In this document: piece by piece, positions 63,172 through 64,000 of the stretch | Numbering within the stretch: the first letter of the stretch is position 1 | Layout of the letters: every line of letters begins with the position of its first letter | Notes under the pieces: model-generated | Database searches by the model: none | What the model was told of the DNA's origin: nothing | Seen by the model: the letters and a program-made list of their open reading frames with translations, nothing else | Program-made: the position numbers and the translations under genes | NCBI GenBank assembly: GCA_030704615.1 | Contig: CM060732.1 | Span: 20,956,001-21,020,000, forward strand | Length of the DNA: 64,000 nucleotides | Direction: 5' to 3' | Origin: Takakia lepidozioides | Lineage: Eukaryota; Plantae; Bryophyta

Positions 63172-63605
63172 CATTCCCTAAGTTAGATGGGTGACATGGG
63201 CCCAAAGCTGAAAAAACCATTGGCCCCTAATAGAAAAGTCGATTCAAAAGCTTAGACAGATGCAAAATGGTTTCAACTGGACATGATCTTGTTACCTAAC
63301 CTCCACCCAAAAAGACAACTGCTACCCAATCCAAAAAATCTTTAAATCCCAAAACTCTTTGTCGTTCAATGTGGAACATGATACATATTTATTATTAGGA
63401 ACACAAATCTGTGAAGTTTTTGAAGGGTTTGGATGAAATGATAACAACCATCCATCTTGAGAATTATTGAAAATAATATTTTGTCGATACTCTTATAAAG
63501 GTATCATGTCGAAGTTGGGATGTCTGTTTGATAGATGTTTAATATATCAAACTCTTATACGTTAATACTCTTACAGTGGTATCATATTTGATGTAGATAC
63601 ATAGC

Positions 63606-64000
63606 CAGCGTAGCTACGGCGTGAGCCCAGCCCCGTGAGCCTGGGAGCTGAGCTCACGTTGTAGCTGCAAAGCGTGAGCTAAGCTCACGCTTCAGGGAAG
63701 CGTGAGCGGCACAAATCTGCTGGAGAAGCAGGTCCTATAAGCGAGGATTGCAGGAAGAGGGCCTATTACCGTGGACAAAACAAAGGGGGCCACCATGCAC
63801 CATGTCTGCAATGCCTGCACAAAAAGAGGAATATGAAAATATGGCAGATTTGAGCTCAGAATGATTGACACGCTTTATTTCAATTCACAGATAGACGCTT
63901 ACAATGAATGGCATGTGCATTTGCCCTGGTTCCGCGAACGAAATGTATGTGTTTGTCCTAAATGCAAAGTCTTTACACGGTAACCTGGAAACCAGCATGG
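63606..64000 (-). mobile_element. Right end of the second MULE copy in inverted orientation (continues past the window)
   Basis: Reverse complement of about 50460-50824; preceded by ATACATAGC (63597-63605), the reverse complement of TSD GCTATGTAT. Confidence 0.92.

Overview
Eukaryotic land-plant genomic DNA (spliced genes, probably a non-seed plant; lineage is inferred), dominated by nested transposons. There are two host genes, both on the minus strand: a GH3 acyl-acid amido synthetase (exons 3662-3163, 2682-2581, 1626-812, 350-<1) and an intact 9-exon HGH1/FAM203 homologue (34999-26161). A 17.5-kb CACTA/EnSpm element with CACAA ends (4018-21489, TSD AAG) sits in the GH3 promoter. It carries a decayed transposase, a WW-domain ORF, captured pieces of a CMP-sialic-acid-transporter gene, a cytokinin oxidase and a receptor kinase, and a nested LINE broken by an inversion. 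Also present are a CRE-like RLE retrotransposon, more copies of the LINE, two non-autonomous CACTAs (one packed with PPR fragments), a Dualen-like relic and a tRNA-SINE. The most interesting object is a Mutator-like element without long TIRs (39171-50824, 9-bp TSD; a second, rearranged copy starts at 57938). Opposite its MULE/SWIM transposase it encodes a spliced ParB/Srx-like + beta-class amino-(N6A/N4C) DNA methyltransferase-like protein. A 4.3-kb array of 116-bp units, each with a 17-18-bp-arm palindrome, appears to lie in an intron of that gene. All family assignments come from motif recognition by eye; no searches were run.
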